Shown in pieces: positions 13,111 to 26,800 of a stretch of DNA of 64,000 bases. Under the pieces are notes generated by a model. It was not told the origin of the DNA. It saw only the letters and a program-made list of their open reading frames with translations, and did not search any database. Location of the stretch: the NCBI RefSeq assembly GCF_009914755.1, contig NC_060933.1; one strand, 5' to 3'. The position numbers and the translations under genes are program-made. Source of the DNA: the human T2T-CHM13v2.0 reference genome, Homo sapiens. Every line of letters starts with the position of its first letter. Positions within the stretch are counted from its first letter, which is position 1.

Positions 13111-16100
13111 CATTCTCAGAAACTTGTTTGTGATGTGTGTATTCAACTAACAGAGATGAACCTTTCTTTTTACAGAGCAGTTTTGAAACACTCTTTTTGT
13201 GGAATCTGAAAGTGGATATTTGGATAGCTTTGAGGGTTTCGTTGGAAACGGGATTACATATAAAATCTAGGGAGAAGCATTCTCAGGAACTTCTTTGTGA
13301 TATTTGCATTCAAGTCACAGAACTGAACATTCCCTTTCATAGAGCAGCTTTGAAACACTCTTTCTGTAGTATCTGCATGCGGACGTTTCAAGCGCTTTCA
13401 GGCCTGTGGTGAAAAAGGAAATATCTTCAAATAAAAACTAGACAGAAGCATTCTCAGAAACTTATTTGCGATGTGTGTTCTCAACTAACAGAGTTGAACC
13501 TTTGTTTTGATACAGCATTTTGGAAACACGCTTTTTGTAGGATCTGCAGGTGGATATTTGGATAGCTTTGATGGTTTCGTTGGAAACGGGAATATCCTCA
13601 TATAAAATCAAGACAGAAGCATTCTCAGAAACTTCTCTGTGATGTTTGCCTTCAACTCATAGAGTTGAACACTTCCTTTCATAGAGCAGGTTTGAAACAC
13701 TCTGTGCACTACCTGGAAGTGGACATTTGGAGCGCTTTGAGGCCTATGTTGAAAAAGGAAATATCTTCCCATAAAAACTAGACAGAAGCATTCTCAGAAA
13801 CTTGTTTGTGATGTGTGTATTCAACTAACAGAGATGAACCTTTCTTTTTACAGAGCAGTTTTGAAACACTCTTTTTGTGGAATCTGAAAGTGGATATTTG
13901 GATAGCTTTGAGGATTTCGTTGGAAACGGGATTACATATAAAATCTAGAGAGAAGCATTCTCAGGAACTTCTTTGTGATGTTTGCATTCACGTCACAGAA
14001 CTGAACATTCCCTTTCATAGAGCATGTTTGAAACACTCTTTCTGTAGTATCTGCAAACGGACATTTCAAACGCTTTCAGGCCTATGGTGAGAAAGGAAAT
14101 ATCTTCAAATAAAAACTAGACAGAAGCATTCTCAGAAACTTATTTGCGATGTGTGTCCTCAACTAACAGAGTTGAACCTTTCTTTTGATACAACATTTTG
14201 GAAACACTCTTTTTGTAGAATCTGCAAGTGGATATTAGGATAGCTTTGAAGGTTTCGTTGGAAACGGGAATATCTTCATATAAAATCAAGACAGAAGCAT
14301 TCTCAGAAACTTCTCTGTGATGTTTACATTCAACTCATAGAGTTGAATACTTCCCTTCATACAGCAGGTTTGAAACACTCTTTTTGTAATATTTGGAAGT
14401 GGACATTTGCAGCGCTTTGAGGCCTATGATGAAAAAGGAAATATCTTCCCATAAAAACTAGACAGAAGCATTCTCAGAAACTTGTTTGTGATGTGTGTAT
14501 TCAACTAACAGAGATGAACCTTTCTTTTTACAGAGCAGTTTTGAAACACTCTTTTTGTGGAATCTGAAAGTGGATATTTGGATAGCTTTGAGGATTTCGT
14601 TGGAAACGGGATTACATATAAAATCTAGGGAGAAGCATTCCCAGGAACTTCTTTGTGATGTTTGCATTCAAGTCACAGAACTGAACATTCCCTTTCATAG
14701 AGCAGGTTTGAAACACTCTTTCTGTAGTATCTGCAAGCGGACGTTTCAAGCGCTTTCAGGCCTGTGGTGAAAAAGGAAATATCTTCAAATAGAAACTAGA
14801 CAGAAGCATTCTCAGAAACTTATTTGCGATGTGTGTTCTCAACTAACAGAGTTGAACCTTTGTTTTGATACAGCATTTTGGAAACACTCTTTTTGTAGGA
14901 TCTGCAGGTGGATATTTGGATAGCTTTGATGGTTTCGTTGGAAACGGGAATATCCTCATATAAAATCAAGACAGAAGCATTCTCAGAAACTTCTCTGTGA
15001 TGTTTGCCTTCAACTCATAGAGTTGAACACTTCCTTTCATAGAGCAGGTTTGAAACACTCTGTGCACTACCTGGAAGTGGACGTTTGGAGCGCTTTGAGG
15101 CCTATGTTGAAAAAGGAAATATCTTCCCATAAAAACTAGACAGAAGCATTCTCAGAAACTTGTTTGTGATGTGTGTATTCAACTAACAGAGATGAACCTT
15201 TCTTTTTACAGAGCAGTTTTGAAACACTCTTTTTGTGGAATCTGAAAGTGGATATTTGGATAGCTTTGAGGATTTCGTTGGAAACGGGATTACATATAAA
15301 ATCTAGGGATAAGCATTCTCAGGAACTCCTCTGTGATGTTTGCATTCAAGTCACAGAACTGAACATTCCCTTTCATAGAGCAGGTTTGAAACACTCTTTC
15401 TGTAGTATCTGCAAGCGGACGTTTCTAGCGCTTTCAGGCCTGTGGTGAAAGAGGAAATATCTTCAAATAAAAACTAGACAGAAGCATTCTCAGAAACTTA
15501 TTTGCGATGTGTGTTCTCAACTAACAGAGTTGAACCTTTGTTTTGATACAGCATTTTGGAAACACTCTTTTTGTAGGATCTGCAGGTGGATATTTGGATA
15601 GCTTTGAAGGTTTCGTTGGAAACGGGAATATCTTCATATAAAATCAACACAGAAGCATTCTCAGAAACTTCTCTGTGATGTTTGCATTCAACTCACAGAG
15701 TTGAACACTTCCTTTCATAGAGCTGGTTTGAAATACTCTTTTTGTAATATTTGGAAGTGGACATTGGCAGCGCTTTGAAGCCTATGGTGAAAAAGGAGAT
15801 ATCTTCTCCTAAAAACCAGACAGAAGCATTCTCAGAATCTTTCTTGTGATGTGTGTACTCAAGTAACAGAGTTGAACCTTCATTTTGACAGAGCAGTTTT
15901 GAAGCACTCTTTTTGTAGAATCTGCAAGGGGATATTTTGATACCTTTGAGGATTTCGTTGGACACGGGATATCTTCATATAAAATCTAGACAGAAGCATT
16001 CTCAGAAACTTCTTTGTGCTGTATGTCCTCAATTAACAGAGTTGAAGCTTTGTGTGGATACAGCATTTTGGAAACATTCCTTTAGTAGAATCTGCAAGTT

Positions 16101-16338
16101 GATATTTAGATAGCTAGGAAGATTTCCTTGGAAACGGGAATATCTTCATATAAAATCTAGACGGAAGCATTCTCAGAAACTGCTTTGTGATGTTTTCATT
16201 CAAGTCACAGAGTAGAATGTTCCCTGTTATATACCAGGTTTGAGACACTCTTTCTGCACTACCTGGAAGTGGACATTTGGAGCGCTTTGAGGCCTATGAT
16301 GAAAAAGGAAATATCTTCCCATAAAAACTAGACAGAAG
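13111..16338 (+). repeat. 4+4+4+7 (19-monomer, 3228 bp) arrangement
   Basis: Class-A anchors at 13137, 13815, 14495, 15173 and 16365 give steps of 678+680+678+1192. Confidence 0.65.
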
Positions 16339-19300
16339 CATTCTCAGAAACTTGTTTGTGATGTGTGTATTCAACTAACAGAGATGAACCTTTCTTTTTA
16401 CAGAGCAGTTTTGAAACACTCTTTTTGTGGAATCTGAAAGTGGATATTTGGATAGCTTTGAGGATTTCGTTGGAAACGGGATTACATATAAAATCTAGAG
16501 AGAAGCATTCTCAGGAACTTCTTTGTGATGTTTGCATTCACGTCACAGAACTGAACATTCCCTTTCATAGAGCATGTTTGAAACACTCTTTCTGTAGTAT
16601 CTGCAAACGGACATTTCAAACGATTTCAGGCCTATGGTAAGAAAGGAAATATCTTCAAATAAAAACTAGACAGAAGCATTCTCAGAAACTTATTTGCGAT
16701 GTGTGTCCTCAACTAACAGAGTTGAACCTTTCTTTTGATACAACATTTTGGAAACACTCTTTTTGTAGAATCTGCAAGTGGATATTTGGATAGCTTTGAA
16801 GGTTTCGTTGGAAACGGGAATATCTTCATATAAAATCAAGACAGAAGCATTCTCAGAAACTTCTCTGTGATGTTTGCATTCAACTCATAGAGTTGAACAC
16901 TTCCCTTCATACAGCAGGTTTGAAACACTCTTTTTGTAATATTTGGAAGTGGACATTTGCAGCGCTTTGAGGCCTATGTTGAAAAAGGAAATATCTTCTC
17001 CTAAAAACCAGACAGAAGCATTCTCAGAAACTTCCTTGTGATGTGTGTACTCAAGTAACAGAGTTGAACCTTACTTTTGACAGAGCCGTTTTGAAACAGT
17101 CTTTTTGTAGAATCTGGAAGTAGATATTTGGATACCTTTGAGGATTTCTTTGGAAACGGGATATCTTCATATAACATCTAGACAGAAGCATTCTCAGAAA
17201 CTTCTTTGTGCTGTATGTCCTCAATTAACAGAGTTGAACCTTTGTGTGGATACAGCATTTTGGAAACACTCCTTTAGTAGAATCTGCAAGTTGATATTTA
17301 GATAGCTAGGAAGATTTCCTTGGAAACGGGAATATCTTCACATAAAATCTAGACGGAAGCATTCTCAGAAACTGCTTTGTGATGTCTTCATTCAAGTCAC
17401 AGAGCAGAATGTTCCCTTTTATAGAGCAGGTTTGAAACACTCAGTGCACTACCTGGAAGTGGACATTTGGAGCGCTTTGAGGCCTATGTTGAAAAAGGAA
17501 ATATCTTCCCATAGAAACTAGACAGAAGCATTCTCAGAAACTTGTTTGTGATGTGTGTATTCAACTGAGATGAACCTTTCTTTTTACAGAGCAGTTTTGA
17601 AACACTCTTTTTGTGGAATCTGAAAGTGGATATTTGGATAGCTTTGAGGATTTCGTTGGAAACGGGATTACATATAAAATCTAGGGAGAAGCATTCTCAG
17701 GAACTTCTTTTTGATGTTTGCATTCAAGTCACAGAAATGAAAATTCCCTTTCATAGAGCAGGTTTGAAACACTCTTTCTGTAGTATCTGCAAGCGGAGGT
17801 TTCAAGCGCTTTCAGGCCTGTGGTGAAAAAGGAAATATCTTCAAATAAAAACTAGACAGAATCATTCTCAGAAACTTATTTGCGATGTGTGTTCTCAACT
17901 AACAGAGTTGAACCTTTGTTTTGATACAGCATTTTGGAAACACTCTTTTTGTAGTATCTGCAGGTGGATATTTGGATAGCTTTGATGGTTTCGTTGGAAA
18001 CGGGAATATCCTCATATAAAATCAAGACAGAAGCATTCTCAGAAACTTCTATGTGATGTTTGCCTTCAACTCATAGAGTTGAACACTTCCTTTCATAGAG
18101 CAGGTTTGAAACACTCTGTGCACTACCTGGAAGTGGACATTTTGAGCGCTTTGAGACCTATGTTGAAAAAGGAATTATCTTCCCATAAAAACTAGACAGA
18201 AGCATTCTCAGAAACTTGTTTGTGATGTGTGTATTCAACTAACAGAGATGAACCTTTCTTTTTACAGAGCAGTTTTGAAACACTCTTTTTGTGGAATCTG
18301 AAAGTGGATATTTGGATAGCTTTGAAGATTTCGTTGGAAACGGGATTACATATAAAATCTAGGGAGAAGCATTCTCAGGAACTCCTTTGTGATGTTTGCA
18401 TTCAAGTCACAGAACTGAACATTCCCTTTCATAGAGCAGGTTTGAAACACTCTTTCTGTAGTATCTGCTAGCGGACGTTTCAAGCGCTTTCAGGCCTGTG
18501 GTGAAAAAGGAAATATCTTCAAATAAAAACTAGACAGAAGCATTCTCAGAAACTTATTTGCGATGTGTGTTCTCAACTAACAGAGTTGAACTTTTGTTTT
18601 GATACAGCATTTTGGAAACACTCTTTTTGTAGGATCTGCAGGTGGATATTTGGATAGGTTTGAAGGTTTCGTTGGTAACGGGAATATCTTCATATAAAAT
18701 CAACACAGAAGCATTCTCAGAAACTTCTCTGTGATGTTTGCATTCAACTCATAGAGTTGAACACTTCCTTTCATAGAGCTGGTTTGAAATACTCTTTTTG
18801 TAATATTTGGAAGTGGACATTGGCAGCGCTTTGAAGCCTATGGTGAAAAAGGAGATATCTTCCCCTAAAAACCAGACAGAAGCATTCTCAGAATCTTTCT
18901 TGTGATGTGTGTACTCAAGTAACAGAGTTGAACCTTCATTTTGACAGAGCAGTTTTGAAGCACTCTTTTTGTAGAATCTGCAAGGGGATATTTTGATACC
19001 TTTGGGGATTTCGTTAGACATGGGATATCTTCATATAAAATCTAGACAGAAGCATTCTCAGAAACTTATTTGTGCTGTATGTCCTCAATTAACAGAGTTG
19101 AACCTTTGTGTGGATACAGCATTTTGGAAACATTCCTTTAGTAGAATCTGCAAGTTGATATTTAGATAGCTAGGAAGATTTCCTTGGAAACGGGAATATC
19201 TTCATATAAAATCTAGACGGAAGCATTCTCAGAAAGTGCTTTGTGATGTTTGCATTCAAGTCACAGCGTTGAATATTCCCTTTTACAGAGCAGGTTTGAA

Positions 19301-20897
19301 ACACTCTTTCTGCACTACCTGGAAGTGGACATTTGGAGCGCTTTGAGGCCTATGTTGAAAAAGGAAATATCTTCCCATAAAAACTAGACAGAAGCATTCT
19401 CAGAAACTTGTTTGTGATGTGTGTATTCAACTAACAGAGATGAACCTTTCTTTTTACAGAGCAGTTTTGAAACACTCTTTTTGTGGAATCTGAAAGTGGA
19501 TATTTGGATAGCTTTGAGGATTTCGTTGGAAACGGGATTACATATAAAATCTAGAGAGAAACATTCTGAGGAACTTTTTTGTGATGTTTGCATTCACGTC
19601 ACAGAACTGAACATTCCCTTTCATAGAGCCGGTTTGAAACACTGTTTCTGTAGTATCTGCAAATGGACATTCCAAGCGCTTTCAGGCCTATGGTGAGAAA
19701 GGAAATATCTTCAAATAAAAACTAGACAGAAGCATTCTCAGAAACTTATTTGCGATGTGTGTCCTCAACTAACAGAGTTGAACCTTTGTTTTGATACAAC
19801 ATTTTGGAACCACTCTTTTTGTAGAATCAGCAAGTGGATATTTGGATAGCTTTGAAGGTTTCGTTGGAAACGGGAATATCTTCATATAAAATCAAGACAG
19901 AAGCATTCTCAGAAACTTCTCTGTGATGTTTGCATTCAACTCATAGAGGTGAACACTTCCCTTCATAGAGCAGGTTTGAAACACTCTTTCTGAAATATTT
20001 GGAAGTGGACATTTGCAGCGCTTTGAGGCCTATGTTGAAAAAGGAAATATCTTCTCCTAAAAACCAGACAGAAGCATTCTCAGAAACTTCCTTGTGATGT
20101 GTGTACTCAAGTAACAGAGTTGAACCTTACTTTTGAGAGAGCCGTTTTGAAACAGTCTTTTTGTAGAATCTGGAAGTAGATATTTGGATACCTTTGAGGA
20201 TTTCTTTGGAAACGGGATATCTTTATATAAAATCTAGACAGAAGCATTCTCAGACACTTCTTTGTGCTGTATGTCCTCAATTAACAGAGTTGAACCTTTG
20301 TGTGGATACAGCATTTTGGAAACATTCCTTTAGTAGAATCTGCAAGTTGATATTTAGATAGATAGGAAGAATTCCTTGGAAACGGGAATATCTTCATATA
20401 AAATCTATACGGAAGCATTCTCAGAAAGTGCTTTGTGATGTTTGCATTCAAGTCACAGAGTTGAATATTCCCTTTTATAGAGCAGGTTTGAAACACTCTT
20501 TCTGCACTACCTGGAAGTGGACATTTGGAGCGCTTTGAGGCCTATGTTGAAAAAGGAAATATCTTCCCATAAAAACTAGACAGAAGCATTCTCAGAAACT
20601 TCTTTGTGATGTGTGTATTCAACTAACAGAGATGAACCTTTCTTTTTACAGAGCAGTTTTGAAACACTCTTTTTGTGGAATCTGAAAGTGGATACTTGGA
20701 TAGCTTTGAGGATTTCGTTGGAAACGAGATTACATATAAAATCTAGAGAGAAGCATTCTCAGGAACTTCTTTGTGATGTTTGCATTCACGTCACAGAACT
20801 GAACATTCCCTTTCATAGAGCATGTTTGAAACACTCTTTCTGTAGTATCTGCAAACGGACGTTTCAAGCGCTTTCAGGCCTGTGGTGAGAAAGGAAA

Positions 20898-23800
20898 TAT
20901 CTGCAAATAAAAACTAGACAGAAGCATTCTCAGAAACTTATTTGCGATGTGTGTCCTCAACTAACAGAGTTGAACCTTTGTTTTGATACAACATTTTGGA
21001 ACCACTCTTTTTGTAGAATCTGCAAGTGGATATTTGGATAGCTTTGAAGGTTTCGTTGGAAACGGGAATATCTTCATATAAAATCAAGACAGAAGCATGC
21101 TCAGAAACTTCTCTGTGATGTTTGCATTCAACTCATAGAGGTGAACACTTCCCTTCATAGAGCAGGTTAGAAACACTCTTTTTGTAATATTTGGAAGTGG
21201 ACATTTGCAGCGCTTTGAGGCCTATGTTGAAAAAGGAAATATCTTCTCCTAAAAACCAGACAGAAGCATTCTCAGAAACTTCCTTCTGATGTGTGTACTC
21301 AAGTAACAGAGTTGAACCTTCCTTTTGCCAGAGCAGTTTTGAAGCACTCTTTTTGTAGAATCTGCAAGTGGATATTTTGATACCTTTGAGGATTTCGTTG
21401 GACATGGGATATCTTCATATAAAATCTAGACAGAAGCATTCGCAGACACTTCTTTGTGCTGTATATCCTCAATTAACAGAGTTGAACCTTTGTTTCGATA
21501 CGGCATTTTGGAAACATTCCTTTAGTAGAATCTGCAAGTTCATATTTAGATAGCTAGGAAGATTTCCTTGCAAACGGGAATATCTTCATATAAAATCTAG
21601 ACGGAAGCATTCTCAGAAAGTGCTTTGTGATGTTTGCATTCAAGTCACAGAGTTGAATATTCCCTTTTATAGAGCAGGTTTGAAACACTCTTTCTGCACT
21701 ACCTGGAAGTGGACATTTGGAGCGCTTTGAGGCCTATGTTGAAAAAGGAAATATCTTCCCATAAAAACTAGACAGAAGCATTCTCAGAAGCTTGTTTGTG
21801 ATGTGTGTATTCAACTAACAGAGATGAACCTTTCTTTTTACAGAGCAATTTTGAAACACTCCTTTTGTGGAATCTGAAAGTGGATATTTGGATAGCTTTG
21901 AGGATTTCGTTGGAAACGGGATTACATATAAAACCTAGAGAGAAGCATTCTCAGGAACTTCTTTGTGATGTTTGCATTCACGTCACAGAACTGAACATTC
22001 CCTTTCATAGAGCATGTTTGAAACACTCTTTCTGTAGTATCTGCAAACGGACATTACAAGCGCTTTCAGGCCTATGGTGAGAAAGGAAATATCTTCAAAT
22101 AAAAACTAGACAGAAGCATTCTCAGAAACTTATTTGCGATGTGTGTCCTCAACTAACAGAGTTGAACCTTTCTTTTGATACAACATTTTGGAAACACTCT
22201 TTTTGTAGAATCTGCAAGTGGATATTTGGATAGCTTTGAAGATTTCGTTGGAAACGGGAATATCTTCATATAAAATCAAGACAGAAGCATTCTCAGAAAC
22301 TTCTCTGTGATGTTTGCATTCAACTCATAGAGTTGAACACTTCCCTTCATACAGCAGGTTTGAAACACTCTTTTTGTAATATTTGGAAGTGGACATTTGC
22401 AGCGCTTTGAGGCCTATGTTGAAAAAGGAAATATCTTCTCCTAAAAACCAGACAGAAGCATTCTCAGAAACTTCCTTGTGATGTGTGTACTCAAGTAACA
22501 GAGTTGAACCTTACTTTTGACAGAGCCGTTTTGAAACAGTCTTTTTGTAGAATCTGGAAGTAGATATTTGGATACCTTTGAGGATTTCTTTGGAAACGGG
22601 ATGTCTTCATATAACATCTAGACAGAAGCATTCTCAGAAACTTCTTTGTGCTGTATGTCCTCAATTAACAGAGTTGAACCTTTGTGTGGATACAGCATTT
22701 TGGAAACACTCTTTTTGTAGAATCTGCAAGTTGATATTTAGATAGCTAGGAAGATTTCCTTGGAAACGGGAATATCTTCACATAAAATCTAGACGGAAGC
22801 ATTCTCAGAAACTGCTTTGTGATGTCTTCATTCAAGTCACGGAGCAGAATGTTCCCTTTTATAGAGCAGGTTTGAAACACTCAGTGCACTACCTGGAAGT
22901 GGACATTTGGAGCGCTTTGAGGCCTATGTTGAAAAAGGAAATATCTTCCCATAGAAACTAGACAGAAGCATTCTCAGAAACTTGTTTGTGATGTGGTTAT
23001 TCAACTGAGATGAACCTTTCTTTTTACAGAGCAGTTTTGAAACACTCTTTTTGTGGAATCTGAAAGTGGATATTTGGATAGCTTTGAGGATTTCGTTGGA
23101 AACGGGATTACATATAAAATCTAGGGAGAAGCATTCTCAGGAACTTCTTTGTGATGTTTGCATTCAAGTCACAGAACTGAACATTCCCTTTCATAGAGCA
23201 GGTGTGAAACACTCTTTCTGTAGTATCTGCAAGCTGACGTTTCAAGCGCTTTCAGGCCTATGGTGAGAAAGGAAATATCTTCAAGTAAAAACTAGACAGA
23301 AACATTCTCAGAAACTTATTTGCCATGTGTGTTCTCAACTAACAGAGTTGAACCTTTGTTTTGATACGGCATTTTGGAAACACTCTTTTTGTAGAATCTG
23401 CAAGTGGATATTAGGATAGCTTTTAAGGTTTCGTTGGAAACGGGAATATCTTCATATAAAATCAAGACAGAAGCATTCTCAGAAACTTCTCTGTGATGTT
23501 TGCATTCAACTCATAGAGTTGAACACTTCCCTTCATACAGCAGGTTTGAAACACTCTTTTTCTAATATTTGGAAGTGGACATTTGCAGCAATTTGAGGCC
23601 TATGTTGAAAAAGGAAATATCTTCTCCTAAAAACCAGACAGAAGCATTCTCAGAAACTTCCTTGTGATGTGTGTACTCAAGTAACAGAGTTGAACCTTCC
23701 TTTTGACAGAGCAGTTTTGAAGCACTCTTTTTGTAGAATCTGCAAGTGGATATTTTGATACCTTTGTGGATTTCGTTGGACACGGGATATCTTCATATAA

Positions 23801-26800
23801 AATCTAGACAGAAGCATTCTCAGAAACTTCTTTGTGCTGTATGTCCTCAATTAACAGAGTTGAACCTTTGTGTGGATACAGCATTTTGGAAACATTCCTT
23901 TAGTAGAATCTGCAAGTTGATATTTAGATAGCTAGGAAGATTTCCTTGGAAACGGGAATATCTTCATATAAAATCTAGACGGAAGCATTCTCAGAAACTG
24001 CTTTGTGATGTCTTCATTCAAGTCACAGAGTAGAATGTTCCCTTTTATAGAGCAGGTTTGAAACACTCTGTGCACTACCTGGAAGTGGACATTGGGTGCG
24101 CTTTGAGGCCTATGTTGAAAAAGGAAATATCTTCCCATCAAAACTAGACAGAAGCATTCTCAGAAACTTGTTTGTGATGTGTGTATTCAACTAACAGAGA
24201 TGAACCTTTCTTTTTACAGAGCAGTTTTGAAACACTCTTTTTGTGGAATCTGAAAGTGGATATTTGGATGGCTTTGAGGATTTCGTTGGAAACGGGATTA
24301 CATATAAAACCTAGAGAGAAGCATTCTCAGGAACTTCTTTGTGATGTTTGCATTCAAGTCACAGAACTGAACATTCCCTTTCATAGAGCAGGTTTGAAAC
24401 ACTCTTTCTGCACTACCTGGAGGTGGACATTTGGAGCGCTTTGAGTCCTATGTTGAAAAAGGAAATATCTTCCCATAAAAACTGGACAGAACCATTCTCA
24501 GAAACTTATTTGCGATGTGTGTCCTCAACTAACAGAGTTGAACCTTTGTTTTGATACAGCATTTTGGAAACACTCTTTTTGTAGGATCTGCAGGTGGATA
24601 TTTGGATAGCTTTTAAGGTTTCGTTGGAAACGGGAATATCTTCATATAAAATCAAGACAGAAGCATTCTCAGAAACTTCTCTGTGATGTTTGCATTCAAC
24701 TCATAGAGTTGAACACTTCCTTTCATAGAGCAGGTTTGAAACACTCTGTGCACTACCTGGAAGTGGACATTTGGAGCGCTTTGAGGCCTATGTTGAAAAA
24801 GGAAATATCTTCCCATAAAAACTAGACAGAAGCATTCTCAGAAACTTGTTTGTGATGTGTGTATTCAACTAACGGAGATGAACCTTTCTTTTTACAGAGC
24901 CGTTTTGAAACACTCTTTTTGTAGAATCTGCAAGTAGATATTTCGATACCTTTGAGGATTTCTTTGGAAACGGGATATCTTCATATAAAATCTAGACAGA
25001 AGCATTCTCAGAAACTTCTTTGTGCTGTATGTCTTCAATTAACAGAGTTGAACCTTTGTTTGGATACAGCATTTTGGAAACGTTCCTTTAGTAGAATCTG
25101 CAAGTTGATATTTAGATAGCTAGGAAGATTTCCTTGGAAACGGGAATATCTTCACATAAAATCTAGACGGAAGCATTCTCAGAAAGTGCTTTGTGATGTT
25201 TGCATTCAAGTCACAGAGTTGAATATTCCCTTTTATAGAGCAGGTTTGAAACACTCTTTCTGCACTACCTGGAGGTGGACATTTAGAGCGCTTTGAGACC
25301 TATGTTGAAAAAGGAAATATCTTCCCATAAAAACTAGACAGAAGCATTCTCAGAAACTTGTTTGTGATGTGTGTATTCAACTAACAGAGATGAACCTTTC
25401 TTTTTACAGAGCAGTTTTGAAACACTCTTTTTGTGGAATCTGAAAGTGGATATTTGGATAGCTTTGAGGATTTCGTTGGAAACGGGATTACATATAAAAT
25501 CTAGAGAGAAGCATTCTCAGGAACTTCTTTGTGATGTTTGCATTCAAGTAACAGAACTGAACATTCCCTTTCATAGAGCCGGTTTGAAACACTCTTTCTG
25601 TAGTATCTGCAAGCTGACGTTTCAAGCGCTTTCAGGCCTATGGTGAGAAAGGAAATATCTTCAAGTAAAAACTAGACAGAAGCATTCTCAGAAACTTATT
25701 TGCCATGTGTGTTCTCAACTAACAGAGTTGAACCTTTGTTTTGATACAGCATTTTGGAAACACTCTTTTTGTAGGATCTACAGGTGGATATTTGGATAGC
25801 TTTTAAGGTTTCGTTGGAAACGGGAATATCTTCATATAAAATCAAGACAGAAGCATTCTCAGAAACTTCTCTGTGATGTTTGCATTCAACTCATAGAGTT
25901 GAAGACTTCCTTTCATAGAGCCGGTTTGAAACACTCTGTGCACTACCTGGAAGTGGACATTTCGAGCGCTTTGAGGCCTATGTTGAAAAAGGAAATATCT
26001 TCCCATAAAAACTAGACAGAAGCATTCTCAGAAACTTGTTTGTGATGTGTGTATTCAACTAACAGATATGAACCTTTCTTTTTACAGAGCAGTTTTGAAA
26101 CACTCTTTTTGTGGAATCTGAAAGTGGATATTTGGATAGCTTTGAGGATTTCGTTGGAAACGGGATTACATATAAAATCTAGGGAGAAGCATTCTCAGGA
26201 ACTTCTTTGTGATGTTTGCATTCAAGTCACAGAACTGAACATTCCCTTTCATAGAGCAGGTTTGAAACACTGTTTCTGTAGTATCTGCAAACGGACATTC
26301 CAAGCGCTTTCAGGCCTATGGTGAGAAAGGAAATATCTTCAAATAAAAACCAGACAGAAGCATTCTCAGAAACTTATTTGTGATGTGTGTCCTCAACTAA
26401 CAGAGTTGAACCTTTCTATTGATACAACATTTTGGAAACACTCTTTTTGTAGAATCTGCAGGTGGATATTCGGATAGCTTTGAAGGTTTCGTTGGAAACG
26501 GGAATATCTTCATATAAAATCAAGACAGAAGCATTCTCAGAAACTTCTCTGTGATGTTTGCATTCAACTCATAGAGGTGAACACTTCCCTTCATAGAGCA
26601 GGTTTGAAACACTCTTTTTGTAATATTTGGAAGTGGACATTTGCAGCGCTTTGAGGCCTATGTTGAAAAAGGAAATATCTTCTCCTAAAAACCAGACAGA
26701 AGCATTCTCAGAAACTTCCTTGTAATGTGTGTACTCAAGTAACAGAGTTGAACCTTCCTTTTGACAGAGCCGTTTTGAAACACTCTTTTTGTAGAATCTG

